A stretch of 64,000 nucleotides of DNA from a virus (IMGVR_UViG_3300035208_005614:1-64000), one strand, 5' to 3'. Positions 55,401 to 63,432 are shown, counted from the first letter of the stretch. The notes: generated by a model not told the origin, from the sequence alone. Numbers and translations: made by a program.

Positions 55401-58400
55401 TAGAAACACTTATTGATTCAGACATATTTATTGAATCAAAGACATTTATTCCTCCTAACTGAGTATTTGTAAGTGTAACTGATTCAGAAATATTAATAGA
55501 ATCGTAAACAGAAAGAGAGAATAAACCTGAATCTACAAAATTCTCAGAAATATTTATTGTGTCAAAAACATTAATGTCTCCTAATTGAGAATTTGAAATG
55601 GTAACTGACTCTGAAATATTTATAGTGTCATAAAGATTTATATAAGAAAGTATAGAATCAGTTAAATCTTCTGAGATATTTATTGAATCATATATATTTA
55701 TTCCTCCTAACTGAGCGCTTGTAAGAGTAACTGATTCAGAAATGTTTACTGAATCATAAAGATTTACATCTCCAAGAGGAGATCTAACTACAACTGACTC
55801 AGAGACATTAATTGAATCAGATAAAACATCGTCACCATATATTCCAAAAGCAAAACCTGGTGTATCTCTTGTCCAAGTCCCTCCAGAATAATATGCAGAA
55901 TCTCCCACTGCAGTTGACTGATCAATTGGAGCAAAAGTCTGGAAACCATAATCTCCAGTTGTTGACTCAACGGTCATGTAATAATGACCTGGAGCTAGAG
56001 AAATTATATTAGCTCCAGAAAATGTGAAGGTTGTGTAAGGACCTGGGAATGACCAATTAAGCGTATTAGCCTCTATTTGGTCTGATACGGCAAGTAATGT
56101 GCCTGGGATAGAATTAACCCCGTAGGTGCCAGAATCTGTGTAAATACGGGCTGTTAGATAACCTGTGCGTCCTCCATTTCTATACAAATAACGACTTGTA
56201 GTTCTTACTCTTGTTGTTTGACTGATTGTAAATGTTTCCCCAAAGGCATAATCTGTATAACCTATTCCACTATTTGTAAGATTTAAAGCATAATAATCAA
56301 GTAAGGTTGTGGTACTAGTTATATACAAAAATCCTTCATCCACTATATTTTCAGAAATATTTATATCATCTCCAACATCTATTGATAAATCATTAATAGG
56401 CGGAAGAACTGAAACACTTTCAGATATATTAATATCTTCTCTTGGATGTCTATCTTCAGCAACATAAAAAATAAGATCGTCATTTGCACCTATTCCAGGT
56501 AAACCAACCCAATTACCTCCTAATTTAACAGATGCATTACCTGGATGAGTTGGAGAGCCCAAATCACTGTAAATTAATAAGGTTCCACTTGTCGGAGTAG
56601 ACTCAATTGTTATTACATAATATTGACTTGCTGTAAGTGCTATTTTATTTATTCCCGAGAAATTAAAATAGATTATTCCATTTGAAGCAGGAATCGTTGA
56701 AATGTCTATTGAATCAGAAGTAGCAAGTAATGTATCTGGTATTGAATCATAACCAAACGTTCCTGTCATCGTGTAGATCTTTGAAACTACAGTTCCTGTT
56801 GCTCCATTACCATTTAGATAGAATCCAGAAAAATCTAAGGTTCTATTTGCTTTACATAGGAATGATTGTCCGAAGAATTGAAAACCGTAGAATGTACTAT
56901 TTGCATGAGTATAATCATAACTATCTATGTAATTAAGATTTCCAATGTCTCCAAGTTGTCCTGTGTTTGTTACACTTTCAGAGATATTTATTACATCATA
57001 ACTAATAACTATTAAAGGATTAACTTGGTATGATTCAGAAATATTTACTGTGTCATATGTATTTGCATATAAGAATGGATTTTCTATAGTAACGGATTCA
57101 GATATATTAACGACATCGTTTAATATTGGATGACCGTGAGCAATAAAGACAGTATTATAATTTTGTAACGCAGTCCAAACACCTCCACTCTGAGAAGCAG
57201 AATTACCGTTTGTAAAATTCTCTGGTGTATTAGCTGAGACTACTGGGTTGTTAGATGCTCCTCCACCTGGAAAATCAAAAACTAAGAAATAATCTGTATT
57301 TTCACTTAATGAAATTCTATTACTTCCTGAAAATGGGAAATTAAAATACGCACCACTTCCGCTATATGGAGGTAAAGTAGAAGCTTCAACTGAATCTGAT
57401 GTAGCCAAAGCACTCCCTGTAGGAACAGCATCAACTCCATATGTTCCCGTTGAAGCATATATTTCGACATAAATAGGTCCTGAAGGAGCGTTAAATTTAG
57501 CCAAAAGAACATCAACACTATCCAAGATCATTGAAGTTGTGCTCTTTGTCCCCTGTGCCCACGCATGATTAGCATACAAACCTCCATACCATGCGCCAGA
57601 TACAGTAGTAAAACTATCGTAAATAACGACATTTTTAATTATGTCTCCTAACTGTCCTGTATCGTTGGGAACATCTGAAATATTTAATGTATCGTAAAGA
57701 TTAATTCCTCCTAACTGAGTACTTGAAAGAGTCTTTGATTCAGAAATATTTATTGTATCTACGACAGAAACAGCTAGGGGTTCTTCAGAATTTTCACTTT
57801 CAGATATGTTTATGGAATCAAAAATAGATACGCTTAATGGTTCTTCTACATTAATACTTTCTGATACATTTATTGAGTCATATACATTTATTCCTCCTAA
57901 CTGAGCGTTTGTAAGAGTAACCGATTCAGAAATGTTTATTGAATCATAAAGATTTATATCTCCAAGTTGAGATTCTGTGATTGTTTTTGACTCTGATATA
58001 TTTACTGAATCATATAGATTTATTCCGCCTAGATTTGGATTAGAAATTGTAACTGACTCAGAGATGTTTACTGAATCATATAGACTTATATTTACGTCAA
58101 GAGTTTCTGTAATACTTTCTGATATATCTATTGAATCATATATATTTATTCCTCCTAGATCTGGATTAGAAATAGTAACTGATTCAGATATATTTACTGA
58201 GTCATCTTTATTTATTCCTCCGAGTTGAGAATTTGTAACAATTACATCTTCTGAAGTATCTATTGAATCATATAAATTAATACTTCCTAGTTGCCCTGTT
58301 CTAGTTATAGATTCAGAAATATTTATATCGTCATGAACATTTATTCCGCCAAGTTGCCCTGTTCTAGTTATAGATTCTGATATATTTATGTCATCGTGAA

Positions 58401-60510
58401 CACTAAGAGGTAGTATGGGACTTGCTGAAATGGTTACGTCAGCATCTTCTGTAATATTAATAGTTTCATATTTAAGAAATTGGGTAGAGATAATTTCAAC
58501 TTGTGGAACACCGTTATAAACTGCAAAATAAAGATCGTCAGTATAACCAGTCCATGTTGTGCCGTTGGAAGAACCACATCTATTTCCTCCTGCTCCAGTT
58601 CCTCCACCTCCTATTTGTAAATAATTACCTCCATCTCCCCCTGGATAGTAAAAAACTAAACAATAATAAGTTGCCGCCGACATGAGATATCTACCCGCTA
58701 CTTCAAAATCAAAAGAGACTTCTTGAAAAGCAGAAGTTGAAATAGTTTGTACATTTACCCCTTTAGAGGTAGCAAGAGCAGCACCAGTTGGTTTACCTGA
58801 AGTCGTTCCGTAAGTTCCCGTGTGCGCGTATAATTTAGCATAGATAAAACCTGTAGGGTTAGTGTACCTTTTAAAATAACCTATTCCTTTCCCTAAAATA
58901 CCAGCATTGGTATTTGTAAAAGATTGACCTGAATATGGAGCGGCACTATAAATAGTTAAATAACCTGGTGCAGAAAGATAATTTTCAATTAAATAAGTTA
59001 CATAAAGAGGTTCAGCAGCAACATTTAAATCATCATGAACTTGAATTTCAAGATAATGAATTACCGTTGTAGATTCTGATATATTAATTAATTGGTTTTG
59101 ATATGTTTCTCTAGCGTTAAGAACTTTTAATTCAACCCAACCTTCATTAATAAAAATACTTTCTATTCTACTTACGTACTCTATAGGTGTAGTTAAAGCA
59201 ACAGTAATACTCTCTGAAATATTAACTTTTTCAGGTATAAAAACTTGTCTTTGGACGAGATCTTCTATTTTTATTCTATCAAAAACCGAAAGGGGCAAAG
59301 AAATTGCGACTTTAACATCTTCCCTTATTTTTGGAGATTCAAAATTATATCCTTGCCATTTAGTTGCTGTCCCCACCGTTAATCCAGTAGGTGCTTCCTG
59401 AATACCTATATCATCGTGAACATAGATATTTATATTATTAGGATCGTTTATTTCTATAGAATTGAATACATGAGATGTCCCAGAATTCCAACAATATAAT
59501 CCTCCAAGAACCCACATATTTCTTTCTGTTACTCCAGAAACAGATCTAACAAGAACTCCATCAAGCCAGAAGGTAATATTCCCGTTTAGATCGTAAATAA
59601 TTTCATAAGTTCTTTCTACTGTTCCGTATCCTGAACCTATCGCAATTTGTGTTGTTCCTGCCTGTGTAATCAAAACACCTGAAGATTCCCATCTATATAA
59701 GAAAGAATAACTATTTGTAGGACCTGAAAAACCGATGTTATAATAAGAACCTGCTGTCGAGGTAAATTTGGCAATAAATTTAATAGACATTCCAGGATTA
59801 ATCAATGGAACTCTATAATTTATTGAAGATCTAGGACCACTTCCCGTTAATCCAGTTAGAGTCAAAAGACCCCCAGAAGCCGCCCATTGAGCTGGAAAAG
59901 TGGGTTCTGCCCAGTACATAAGATCAAGAACATTTAACTTAGTATTACCGTTAAATGGTTCAAACCATGGTGTTGCTGGTGGAAAAACATCAACAGAATC
60001 AACATTCATGATCATTCCTGAGTCATAAACGTTACCGAATTGGACTTTAAGATCTGAATCTAAGATTGCAGTAAGTGATCTATAAACAAGAGCTCCATCA
60101 ATAAAAAAGTTTGCAAATCCATTAGGTAACCATTCTATTTCAAAATTGTGTTGTGTAGCGTTAGCTACTATTCCAGTATTAAAATAAGTGTTTACAGTTC
60201 CATTGTAAATTTGGATATAAATATATGTTGCTCTATCCCAAGTCTGAGCAAAGGCGATAGTATCTGTTGGACCTACAAAACCTAAAGCGTGTCCGCTCAA
60301 TGCAGTATCTGGACAGTTTGCTCTAAAAGAAAGAGTTGTACCAGGACCAAAAGTATCATTGCTTCTAACTATACAAGTGGGGCTTCCTGCTCCTCCACCA
60401 GTAAGTTTAAGCATTCCACTAGCAATAGTAACGTTACCCGCGTATGTCCATTCCGCGGTGTTTATAGGTAAACTATCAAATGTGTCTATTAATCTCGGTA
60501 CGATCGACAT
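52468..60510 (-). CDS. Giant 2680-aa repeat protein: four paralogous lectin-like domains plus more than 50 copies of a 22-aa repeat
   Basis: Uninterrupted 8 kb ORF. The 22-aa repeat unit approximates SNSQLGDINVYDSINISESVTV. Four about 150-aa paralogous domains (..TGTYG...P.G.ALATSD.I...T......F.F.G.N.I.L....YY..) lie in the N-terminal half. Probable receptor-binding fibre. Confidence 0.7.
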   Translation of the reverse strand: MSIVPRLIDTFDSLPINTAEWTYAGNVTIASGMLKLTGGGAGSPTCIVRSNDTFGPGTTLSFRANCPDTALSGHALGFVGPTDTIAFAQTWDRATYIYIQIYNGTVNTYFNTGIVANATQHNFEIEWLPNGFANFFIDGALVYRSLTAILDSDLKVQFGNVYDSGMIMNVDSVDVFPPATPWFEPFNGNTKLNVLDLMYWAEPTFPAQWAASGGLLTLTGLTGSGPRSSINYRVPLINPGMSIKFIAKFTSTAGSYYNIGFSGPTNSYSFLYRWESSGVLITQAGTTQIAIGSGYGTVERTYEIIYDLNGNITFWLDGVLVRSVSGVTERNMWVLGGLYCWNSGTSHVFNSIEINDPNNINIYVHDDIGIQEAPTGLTVGTATKWQGYNFESPKIREDVKVAISLPLSVFDRIKIEDLVQRQVFIPEKVNISESITVALTTPIEYVSRIESIFINEGWVELKVLNARETYQNQLINISESTTVIHYLEIQVHDDLNVAAEPLYVTYLIENYLSAPGYLTIYSAAPYSGQSFTNTNAGILGKGIGYFKRYTNPTGFIYAKLYAHTGTYGTTSGKPTGAALATSKGVNVQTISTSAFQEVSFDFEVAGRYLMSAATYYCLVFYYPGGDGGNYLQIGGGGTGAGGNRCGSSNGTTWTGYTDDLYFAVYNGVPQVEIISTQFLKYETINITEDADVTISASPILPLSVHDDINISESITRTGQLGGINVHDDINISESITRTGQLGSINLYDSIDTSEDVIVTNSQLGGINKDDSVNISESVTISNPDLGGINIYDSIDISESITETLDVNISLYDSVNISESVTISNPNLGGINLYDSVNISESKTITESQLGDINLYDSINISESVTLTNAQLGGINVYDSINVSESINVEEPLSVSIFDSINISESENSEEPLAVSVVDTINISESKTLSSTQLGGINLYDTLNISDVPNDTGQLGDIIKNVVIYDSFTTVSGAWYGGLYANHAWAQGTKSTTSMILDSVDVLLAKFNAPSGPIYVEIYASTGTYGVDAVPTGSALATSDSVEASTLPPYSGSGAYFNFPFSGSNRISLSENTDYFLVFDFPGGGASNNPVVSANTPENFTNGNSASQSGGVWTALQNYNTVFIAHGHPILNDVVNISESVTIENPFLYANTYDTVNISESYQVNPLIVISYDVINISESVTNTGQLGDIGNLNYIDSYDYTHANSTFYGFQFFGQSFLCKANRTLDFSGFYLNGNGATGTVVSKIYTMTGTFGYDSIPDTLLATSDSIDISTIPASNGIIYFNFSGINKIALTASQYYVITIESTPTSGTLLIYSDLGSPTHPGNASVKLGGNWVGLPGIGANDDLIFYVAEDRHPREDINISESVSVLPPINDLSIDVGDDINISENIVDEGFLYITSTTTLLDYYALNLTNSGIGYTDYAFGETFTISQTTRVRTTSRYLYRNGGRTGYLTARIYTDSGTYGVNSIPGTLLAVSDQIEANTLNWSFPGPYTTFTFSGANIISLAPGHYYMTVESTTGDYGFQTFAPIDQSTAVGDSAYYSGGTWTRDTPGFAFGIYGDDVLSDSINVSESVVVRSPLGDVNLYDSVNISESVTLTSAQLGGINIYDSINISEDLTDSILSYINLYDTINISESVTISNSQLGDINVFDTINISENFVDSGLFSLSVYDSINISESVTLTNTQLGGINVFDSINMSESISVSNSSLGNINVSDSVNISESVTVSNSNLGGINVSDLVDISESVIVSISQLGDINVFDSINFSESISLTGQLGDISVVDSINISENVTDTGVSNISVVDLVNISESVVVSNSQLGGINVYDSINISESVTLTNSQLGEINVYDSINISELTTVSNSQLGDINVSDSINISENFTDTGVLSTSVIDTINISESVVISNSQLGNINVSDTINISESIISSTTLGEINIIDIVNISESFIVTNTQLGTINVYDSINVSESTNSSINLGDINVSDSINISENFTDTGFSSISVFDTINISESVVISNSQLGDINVYDTVDISESVTISNSQLGNIDVSDTVNISETITISNSQLGDINLSDTVNISENFTDTGVLNTSVFDTINISESVIVLNSQLGNINIYDTINISENFTDTGVLNTSVFDTINISENVVDMGEENISVYDSINITESVTVSNSNLGGINVSDSVNISESVTVSNSNLGGINVSDSVNISESVTVSNSNLGGISVYDTIDISENVNLTGQLGDISVVDNINISENFTDAGILSTSVIDTVNISESVIVSNSQLGGINVSDEVDIVDFGTGGGSLIIIVDDVIHITEEVVLDNSKLGDISTTDSINISEDLVIRTQLGNIFATDSINISDNVALSNSQLGSINIIEIVNISEYLNINNSQLGDINIVDNVNISENITNTGELNVSVNDIINISENFQDTGEQEVSVFDLIDILESVTLENSQLGDINVSDDIGIVDYLESGIDKYDSIEISEEVTVENSQLGGIDIFDTINISENFQDTGEQEISVKDLVEISENIILGNSYLGGINVSDSVNVLDTDNQENPLLGGINVSDGINISENVILSNPQLGDINIYDSISISDIELVDLLLTGIQVAENIEISENVENNGQLGDINVFDEIEIDSDIRLGFYYDISVLDQINISESIVSESFRFSPSDSKPVAQGNKMQPVGRGTSVKLVGQGRDSKPVGKIAGFF
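52560..55890. repeat. 66-bp-period coding tandem repeat, about 50 units
   Basis: Direct reading of the DNA shows reiterated ...AATATTTCAGA(G/A)ATATTTAT(T/G)GAATC... units. Shorter runs lie at about 57650-58450 and in the two downstream genes. Confidence 0.7.
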
Positions 60511-60554
60511 ATCAATATATTATCATAGTGCTTTAGCCGTTCTCCCTCTTAGAA

Positions 60555-60586
60555 TACAAAAAAGACGCCTAGCGGCGTCTCTTTTG
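60555..60586. terminator. Hairpin terminator AGACGCC-TAGC-GGCGTCT flanked by A- and T-runs
   Basis: A 7-bp GC stem preceded by ACAAAAAA and followed by CTTTTG. Terminator-like on either strand. It lies about 50 nt upstream of the giant gene start. Confidence 0.5.
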
Positions 60587-60660
60587 AGAGATCTCTATAT
60601 ATATGGGGCTTAGGAAATGAAAATGAAACCTAACCCCGTCTAAGCATAGCATAGTGCAAA

Positions 60661-60691
60661 CGAAAAACCACCCAAAAACGAGTGGTTTTCG
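60661..60691 (-). terminator. AT-rich hairpin just downstream of the 60713-60940 gene
   Basis: CGAAAAACCAC ... GTGGTTTTCG, a 10-bp stem with a short U-run after it on the minus strand. Confidence 0.35.
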
Positions 60692-60712
60692 GTAGGTAAC
60701 CCCTAATCTTTC

Positions 60713-60940
60713 CTACTGGGGAGATTTTGGATCACCTCCTTTGTCTTTGAATTCGTCTGTGTGTTCTTTTGCCCATTTCTCTGCACCTCCGTTTTCGGCG
60801 TAATGTTTCAACAACCAATCTGGGTGGTAATAGAGTTCGTCATCTGAACAACAATGTTCGACGCGCGTGGTGTGGCGATTCAAAGGATTTGTTAAGGCGT
60901 CAATGATTTGAGCTACATTGTAGCCTTTTAGATCAAACAT
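60713..60940 (-). CDS. Hypothetical protein
   Basis: 75-aa ORF, GC-richer than average. Confidence 0.4.
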   Translation of the reverse strand: MFDLKGYNVAQIIDALTNPLNRHTTRVEHCCSDDELYYHPDWLLKHYAENGGAEKWAKEHTDEFKDKGGDPKSPQ

Positions 60941-60999
60941 TTGACACCTCCTATGAGTGAATTTAATTTCCGAAATCAGCAGTCAAGCATATTATTAAT

Positions 61000-61509
61000 T
61001 TAGAACGTCTTTATCTCACCAAAACTACAATCAGAACTTGCACAACCTAGTATGTTACTTGGTGCACTTCCTCCTACTGCACCGCCTAGACTTGCTGAGG
61101 CTGAAGTCAAAGTATAATTTTGACCGTCAGTTGTTCCTGATGAACAATAACCTATAGTGTTTACTGCGTTAGATGTTGATCCTCCACAATACGTGATATT
61201 TGGGTTATATGTTCCGTAAGTCCAGTAATAATAAGGCTGATACCATGGTTGGTTGATATAAATTGGGGTTTGAATCGTCTTTATTGTTTCAATAATTTGT
61301 GTTCTACTTGCCAATTTCTCTATAGTTTCGCGCAAGAACTTAATCTCGCTCTCTAAACTCTTCTTGTCTCTTTCTTCGTCAGTCTCGCTAGTAAATAAAA
61401 TCTCTCTTGCTTCTTCTTTTGTTAGAATTGGCTTGGCACCTTCGGTGAGTTTTAACACTTCATCGATTGTGGGGAGCTTTGAAAGTCTCCACTTTAATTT
61501 TGTCGTCAT
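61000..61509 (-). CDS. Hypothetical protein with a Cys/Gly/Ser/Thr/Tyr-rich C-terminal half
   Basis: 169-aa ORF with an acidic coiled-coil-like N-terminus and YCGGSTSNAVNTIGYCSSGTTDG low complexity. Confidence 0.45.
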   Translation of the reverse strand: MTTKLKWRLSKLPTIDEVLKLTEGAKPILTKEEAREILFTSETDEERDKKSLESEIKFLRETIEKLASRTQIIETIKTIQTPIYINQPWYQPYYYWTYGTYNPNITYCGGSTSNAVNTIGYCSSGTTDGQNYTLTSASASLGGAVGGSAPSNILGCASSDCSFGEIKTF

Positions 61510-61584
61510 CTTCTTGTTATTTATTAACTTGACCGTTGATTTCGGGAATTAAATTTTGAAAGAACTGATCCTTTTATATTTTAT

Positions 61585-61656
61585 CATAGTACTAGCTCTT
61601 CGAGTAGGATTCGGACCTACGATCTATCGCTTAACAGGCGATGGCTTTACCACTAA
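61585..61656 (-). tRNA. tRNA-Asn (anticodon GUU)
   Basis: Hand-folded cloverleaf: acceptor TCTTCGA/TCGAAGA, D GCTT/AAGC, anticodon stem ATCGC/GCGAT with loop CUGUUAA, T-arm GTAGG-TCCGAAT-CCTAC. Coordinates within about 2 nt. Confidence 0.75.
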
Positions 61657-61661
61657 GCTAT

Positions 61662-61732
61662 CGAAGAATATGCTGGGGAAGATGGAATCGAACCACCATT
61701 AATCGCTTCAGAGGCGATCTTACTACCTTTAT
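61662..61732 (-). tRNA. tRNA-Gln (anticodon CUG)
   Basis: Acceptor TGGGGAA/TTCCCCA, anticodon stem ATCGC/GCGAT with loop CUCUGAA, T-arm GGTGG-TTCGATT-CCATC. Confidence 0.7.
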
Positions 61733-61750
61733 AAGATTCCCCAATTTGTA

Positions 61751-61822
61751 CTTTCTAACTGCTGGGGATCTTGGGTTCGAACCAAGCTACACGGCTTCAA
61801 GGGCCGTTGAACTACCAACTAT
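61751..61822 (-). tRNA. tRNA-Gln (anticodon UUG)
   Basis: Acceptor TGGGGAT/ATCCCCA, D GAAT/GTTC, anticodon stem ACGGC/GCCGT with loop CCUUGAA, T-arm CTTGG-TTCGAAC-CCAAG. Confidence 0.8.
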
Positions 61823-61835
61823 TCTAATCCCCAAT

Positions 61836-62198
61836 TTACCATTTTTTACCTTTTTTTCTAGCAGTTAATCTCCACTTTTTTCTAACCTCATTATAAGCAT
61901 TCATACAAAGTCTACATCTACATTTATGATGTCTATACATTGAATACATTCCATGTTTTGATTCCCCGTTATCAATCTTATTCTTTTCTTTGTGACATAT
62001 ATGACAAAGTAATTGACACTTAGAAACTTCTAATAAAACTTTTTGTATAGAATAAGACCATTTTTCTGTTATGGTAAATTTTTTTGTTTTAGGATCAATA
62101 TGATCAAACTCTAATCCTTCTTTACTTCCACAAACAACACATTTTCCTCCTAATAATTCTATTAATAAACTAATTCTTTTTTTATAATGTCTTATCAT
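61836..62198 (-). CDS. HNH endonuclease embedded in the tRNA array
   Basis: CVVCGSKEGLEFDHIDPKTKKF...LLCHICHKEKN is a canonical HNH pattern (C..C...DHI.P.....N..LC..CH..K). Confidence 0.6.
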   Translation of the reverse strand: MIRHYKKRISLLIELLGGKCVVCGSKEGLEFDHIDPKTKKFTITEKWSYSIQKVLLEVSKCQLLCHICHKEKNKIDNGESKHGMYSMYRHHKCRCRLCMNAYNEVRKKWRLTARKKGKKW

Positions 62199-62313
62199 TA
62201 GTATATCCTACCATAATACTTTAAAATGTCCTACCCTGCGGGCCGAGAAGGACTTGCACCCTCATTTTCCGCTTTGGAGACGGAAGTGTTTCTATTACAC
62301 TATCAACCCAATG

Positions 62314-62386
62314 GGTAACTATTGGGAATTGAACCCAACCTAAGAGTTTCACAAACTCCTGTGCGAACCGATACACTACAGTCACC
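62314..62386 (-). tRNA. tRNA-His (anticodon GUG) with an encoded G-1
   Basis: Extra 5' G opposite the C73 discriminator, acceptor GTGACTG/TAGTTAC (two G-U pairs), anticodon loop UUGUGAA, T-arm TTGGG-TTCAATT-CCCAA. Confidence 0.75.
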
Positions 62387-62389
62387 ATG

Positions 62390-62473
62390 TGCGTAAAAGA
62401 GGACTCGAACCTCTAACTCCTTTCGAAGACAACATTTTAAGTGTTGCGCGTATACCACTTCCGCCATTCACGC
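62390..62473 (-). tRNA. tRNA-Leu (anticodon UAA), class II
   Basis: Acceptor GCGTGAA/TTTACGC, anticodon stem CAACA/TGTTG with loop CUUAAAA, long variable arm of about 16 nt, T-arm AGAGG-TTCGAGT-CCTCT. Confidence 0.8.
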
Positions 62474-62477
62474 ATTG

Positions 62478-62551
62478 TGCACGAAAGAGGACTCGAACCT
62501 CTAGATCTTGGTTTTTGAAACCAATACGTTTACCAATTTCGTCATTCGTGC
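62478..62551 (-). tRNA. Atypical tRNA with anticodon CAA: Leu-like acceptor and T-arm but only a 5-nt variable loop
   Basis: Acceptor GCACGAA/TTCGTGC and T-arm AGAGG-TTCGAGT-CCTCT are shared with the two tRNA-Leu genes. Anticodon stem TTGGT/ACCAA with loop UUCAAAA. The variable region is only GATCT. Confidence 0.55.
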
Positions 62552-62555
62552 CCTG

Positions 62556-62626
62556 AGCCTCTCGTTAGAATCGGACTAACGTCTAAAGTTTACAAAACTA
62601 TCGTTCTACCATTGAACTAGAAAGGC
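62556..62626 (-). tRNA. tRNA-Thr (anticodon UGU), tentative
   Basis: Acceptor GCCTTTC/GAGAGGC (one G-U), D GTTC/GAAC, anticodon loop UUUGUAA on a stem with one mismatch, T-arm GTTAG-TCCGATT-CTAAC (unusual C55). Confidence 0.55.
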
Positions 62627-62670
62627 TTAATGTGACCGTCATCGACAAGAAACCGACACTACGTCACATG

Positions 62671-62754
62671 TGCACAAAAAGGGACTCGAACCCCCACCCC
62701 CTTTCGGAGATCAGTTTCTAAGACTGATGCGTATACCAATTCCGCCATTCGTGC
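62671..62754 (-). tRNA. tRNA-Leu (anticodon UAG), class II
   Basis: Acceptor GCACGAA/TTTGTGC, anticodon stem TCAGT/ACTGA with loop CUUAGAA, variable arm of about 15 nt, T-arm GGGGG-TTCGAGT-CCCTT. Confidence 0.8.
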
Positions 62755-62848
62755 AGAGTTCCACAATTAATTGCTAAGTTAATTAGCCTATCAAGTACCT
62801 TAAAAAAGGTACAGTGGAACTATATTGTCCAATCCGAAGATTGGAGTG

Positions 62849-62919
62849 TGCCATGAGATGGAATCGAACCACCGTGTCCTGTGCTTCAAACAGGAGTTTT
62901 ACCATTAAACTATCAGGGC
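62849..62919 (-). tRNA. tRNA-Phe (anticodon GAA)
   Basis: Acceptor GCCCTGA/TCATGGC (one C-U mismatch at 4:69), D GTTT/AAAC, anticodon stem CCTGT/ACAGG with loop UUGAAGC, T-arm GGTGG-TTCGATT-CCATC. Confidence 0.65.
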
Positions 62920-63104
62920 TATAATTCACTATAACATCCCTACTCTTGTTAAATGGCTCTGACGAGCTCCAGGGTTTTATATTTATAGTGGTGGCATCCG
63001 AGCCCCCGCTTACGCGGTGACTTGGCAAATTCGAAATTGGAACTTTTACTTTCAGCCACTTATCCAACTTCTAGAGAACCTAGTAACAAGACGGTTCCCT
63101 TGTG

Positions 63105-63176
63105 AGCATCGAGCTGGAATCGAACCAGCGCATGATAGTTTTGCAAACTATCGTCTTACCACTTGACTACCGATGC
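63105..63176 (-). tRNA. tRNA-Cys (anticodon GCA)
   Basis: Acceptor GCATCGG/TCGATGC, anticodon stem ATAGT/ACTAT with loop UUGCAAA, T-arm GCTGG-TTCGATT-CCAGC, discriminator U. Confidence 0.75.
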
Positions 63177-63180
63177 TTGG

Positions 63181-63261
63181 TGCATGTAGTTGGAATCGAA
63201 CCAACAGTGCCCGCGGGCGAAGGTTTTACAGACCCCTAGAATTCCACTATCTGATACATGC
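63181..63261 (-). tRNA. tRNA-Tyr (anticodon GUA), class II
   Basis: Acceptor GCATGTA/TACATGC, anticodon loop CUGUAAA, variable arm containing the GCCCGCGGGC hairpin, T-arm GTTGG-TTCGATT-CCAAC. Confidence 0.7.
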
Positions 63262-63262
63262 G

Positions 63263-63334
63263 TAGCAGGTAGGAGAATCGAACTCCTTTGAAGAGGTTAT
63301 GGGCCTCCCGACTTAACCATCCGTCTCACCTGCG
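63263..63334 (-). tRNA. tRNA-Met (anticodon CAU; elongator, initiator or Ile2-type not resolved)
   Basis: Anticodon stem GGAGG/CCTCT with loop CCCAUAA (C33), T-arm AGGAG-TTCGATT-CTCCT, acceptor CGCAGGT/ACCTGCT with a C1:U72 mismatch. Confidence 0.6.
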
Positions 63335-63350
63335 ATAAACTATTCAATTG

Positions 63351-63421
63351 TCAGAGAACTAGGGATCGAACCTAGGCCGTATGTTTCCAGAACACAAATG
63401 CTTCCGCTACACCATACTCTG
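63351..63421 (-). tRNA. tRNA-Pro (anticodon UGG), tentative
   Basis: Acceptor CAGAGTA/TTCTCTG (one mismatch), anticodon stem TGTGT/ACATA with loop UCUGGAA (C33), T-arm CTAGG-TTCGATC-CCTAG. Confidence 0.55.
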
Positions 63422-63432
63422 ATAAAGAACTG

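Noticed and set aside
52560-55890. Possible CRISPR array, suggested by the regular 66-bp periodicity
   Set aside because: The units are imperfect, have no spacer-and-repeat alternation, maintain a single long reading frame, and are translated into a 22-aa protein repeat. No cas genes are present.
53951-58228. Several 60-90-aa antisense ORFs (53951-54220, 55277-55462, 55788-56012, 57977-58228) inside the giant repeat gene
   Set aside because: Periodic 66-bp repeats create open frames on both strands. The sense frame is uninterrupted for 8 kb and carries recognisable domains, whereas the antisense products are repeat echoes (..ETVTDSEIFTESETLIPPRFELETV..).
62229-62313. GC-rich segment between the HNH gene and tRNA-His, considered as an extra tRNA
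   Set aside because: No acceptor pairing and no T-loop. Only a TTCCG-N9-CGGAA hairpin is present.
62959-62966. CTGACGAG, the hammerhead ribozyme core motif
   Set aside because: No following stem II, GAAA box or stem III could be drawn. It is an isolated 8-mer.
62783-63067. 94-aa ORF across the tRNA array
   Set aside because: It spans tRNA-Phe and structured spacers on the same strand as the tRNAs. There is no coding signal, so it is a chance ORF in RNA-gene DNA.
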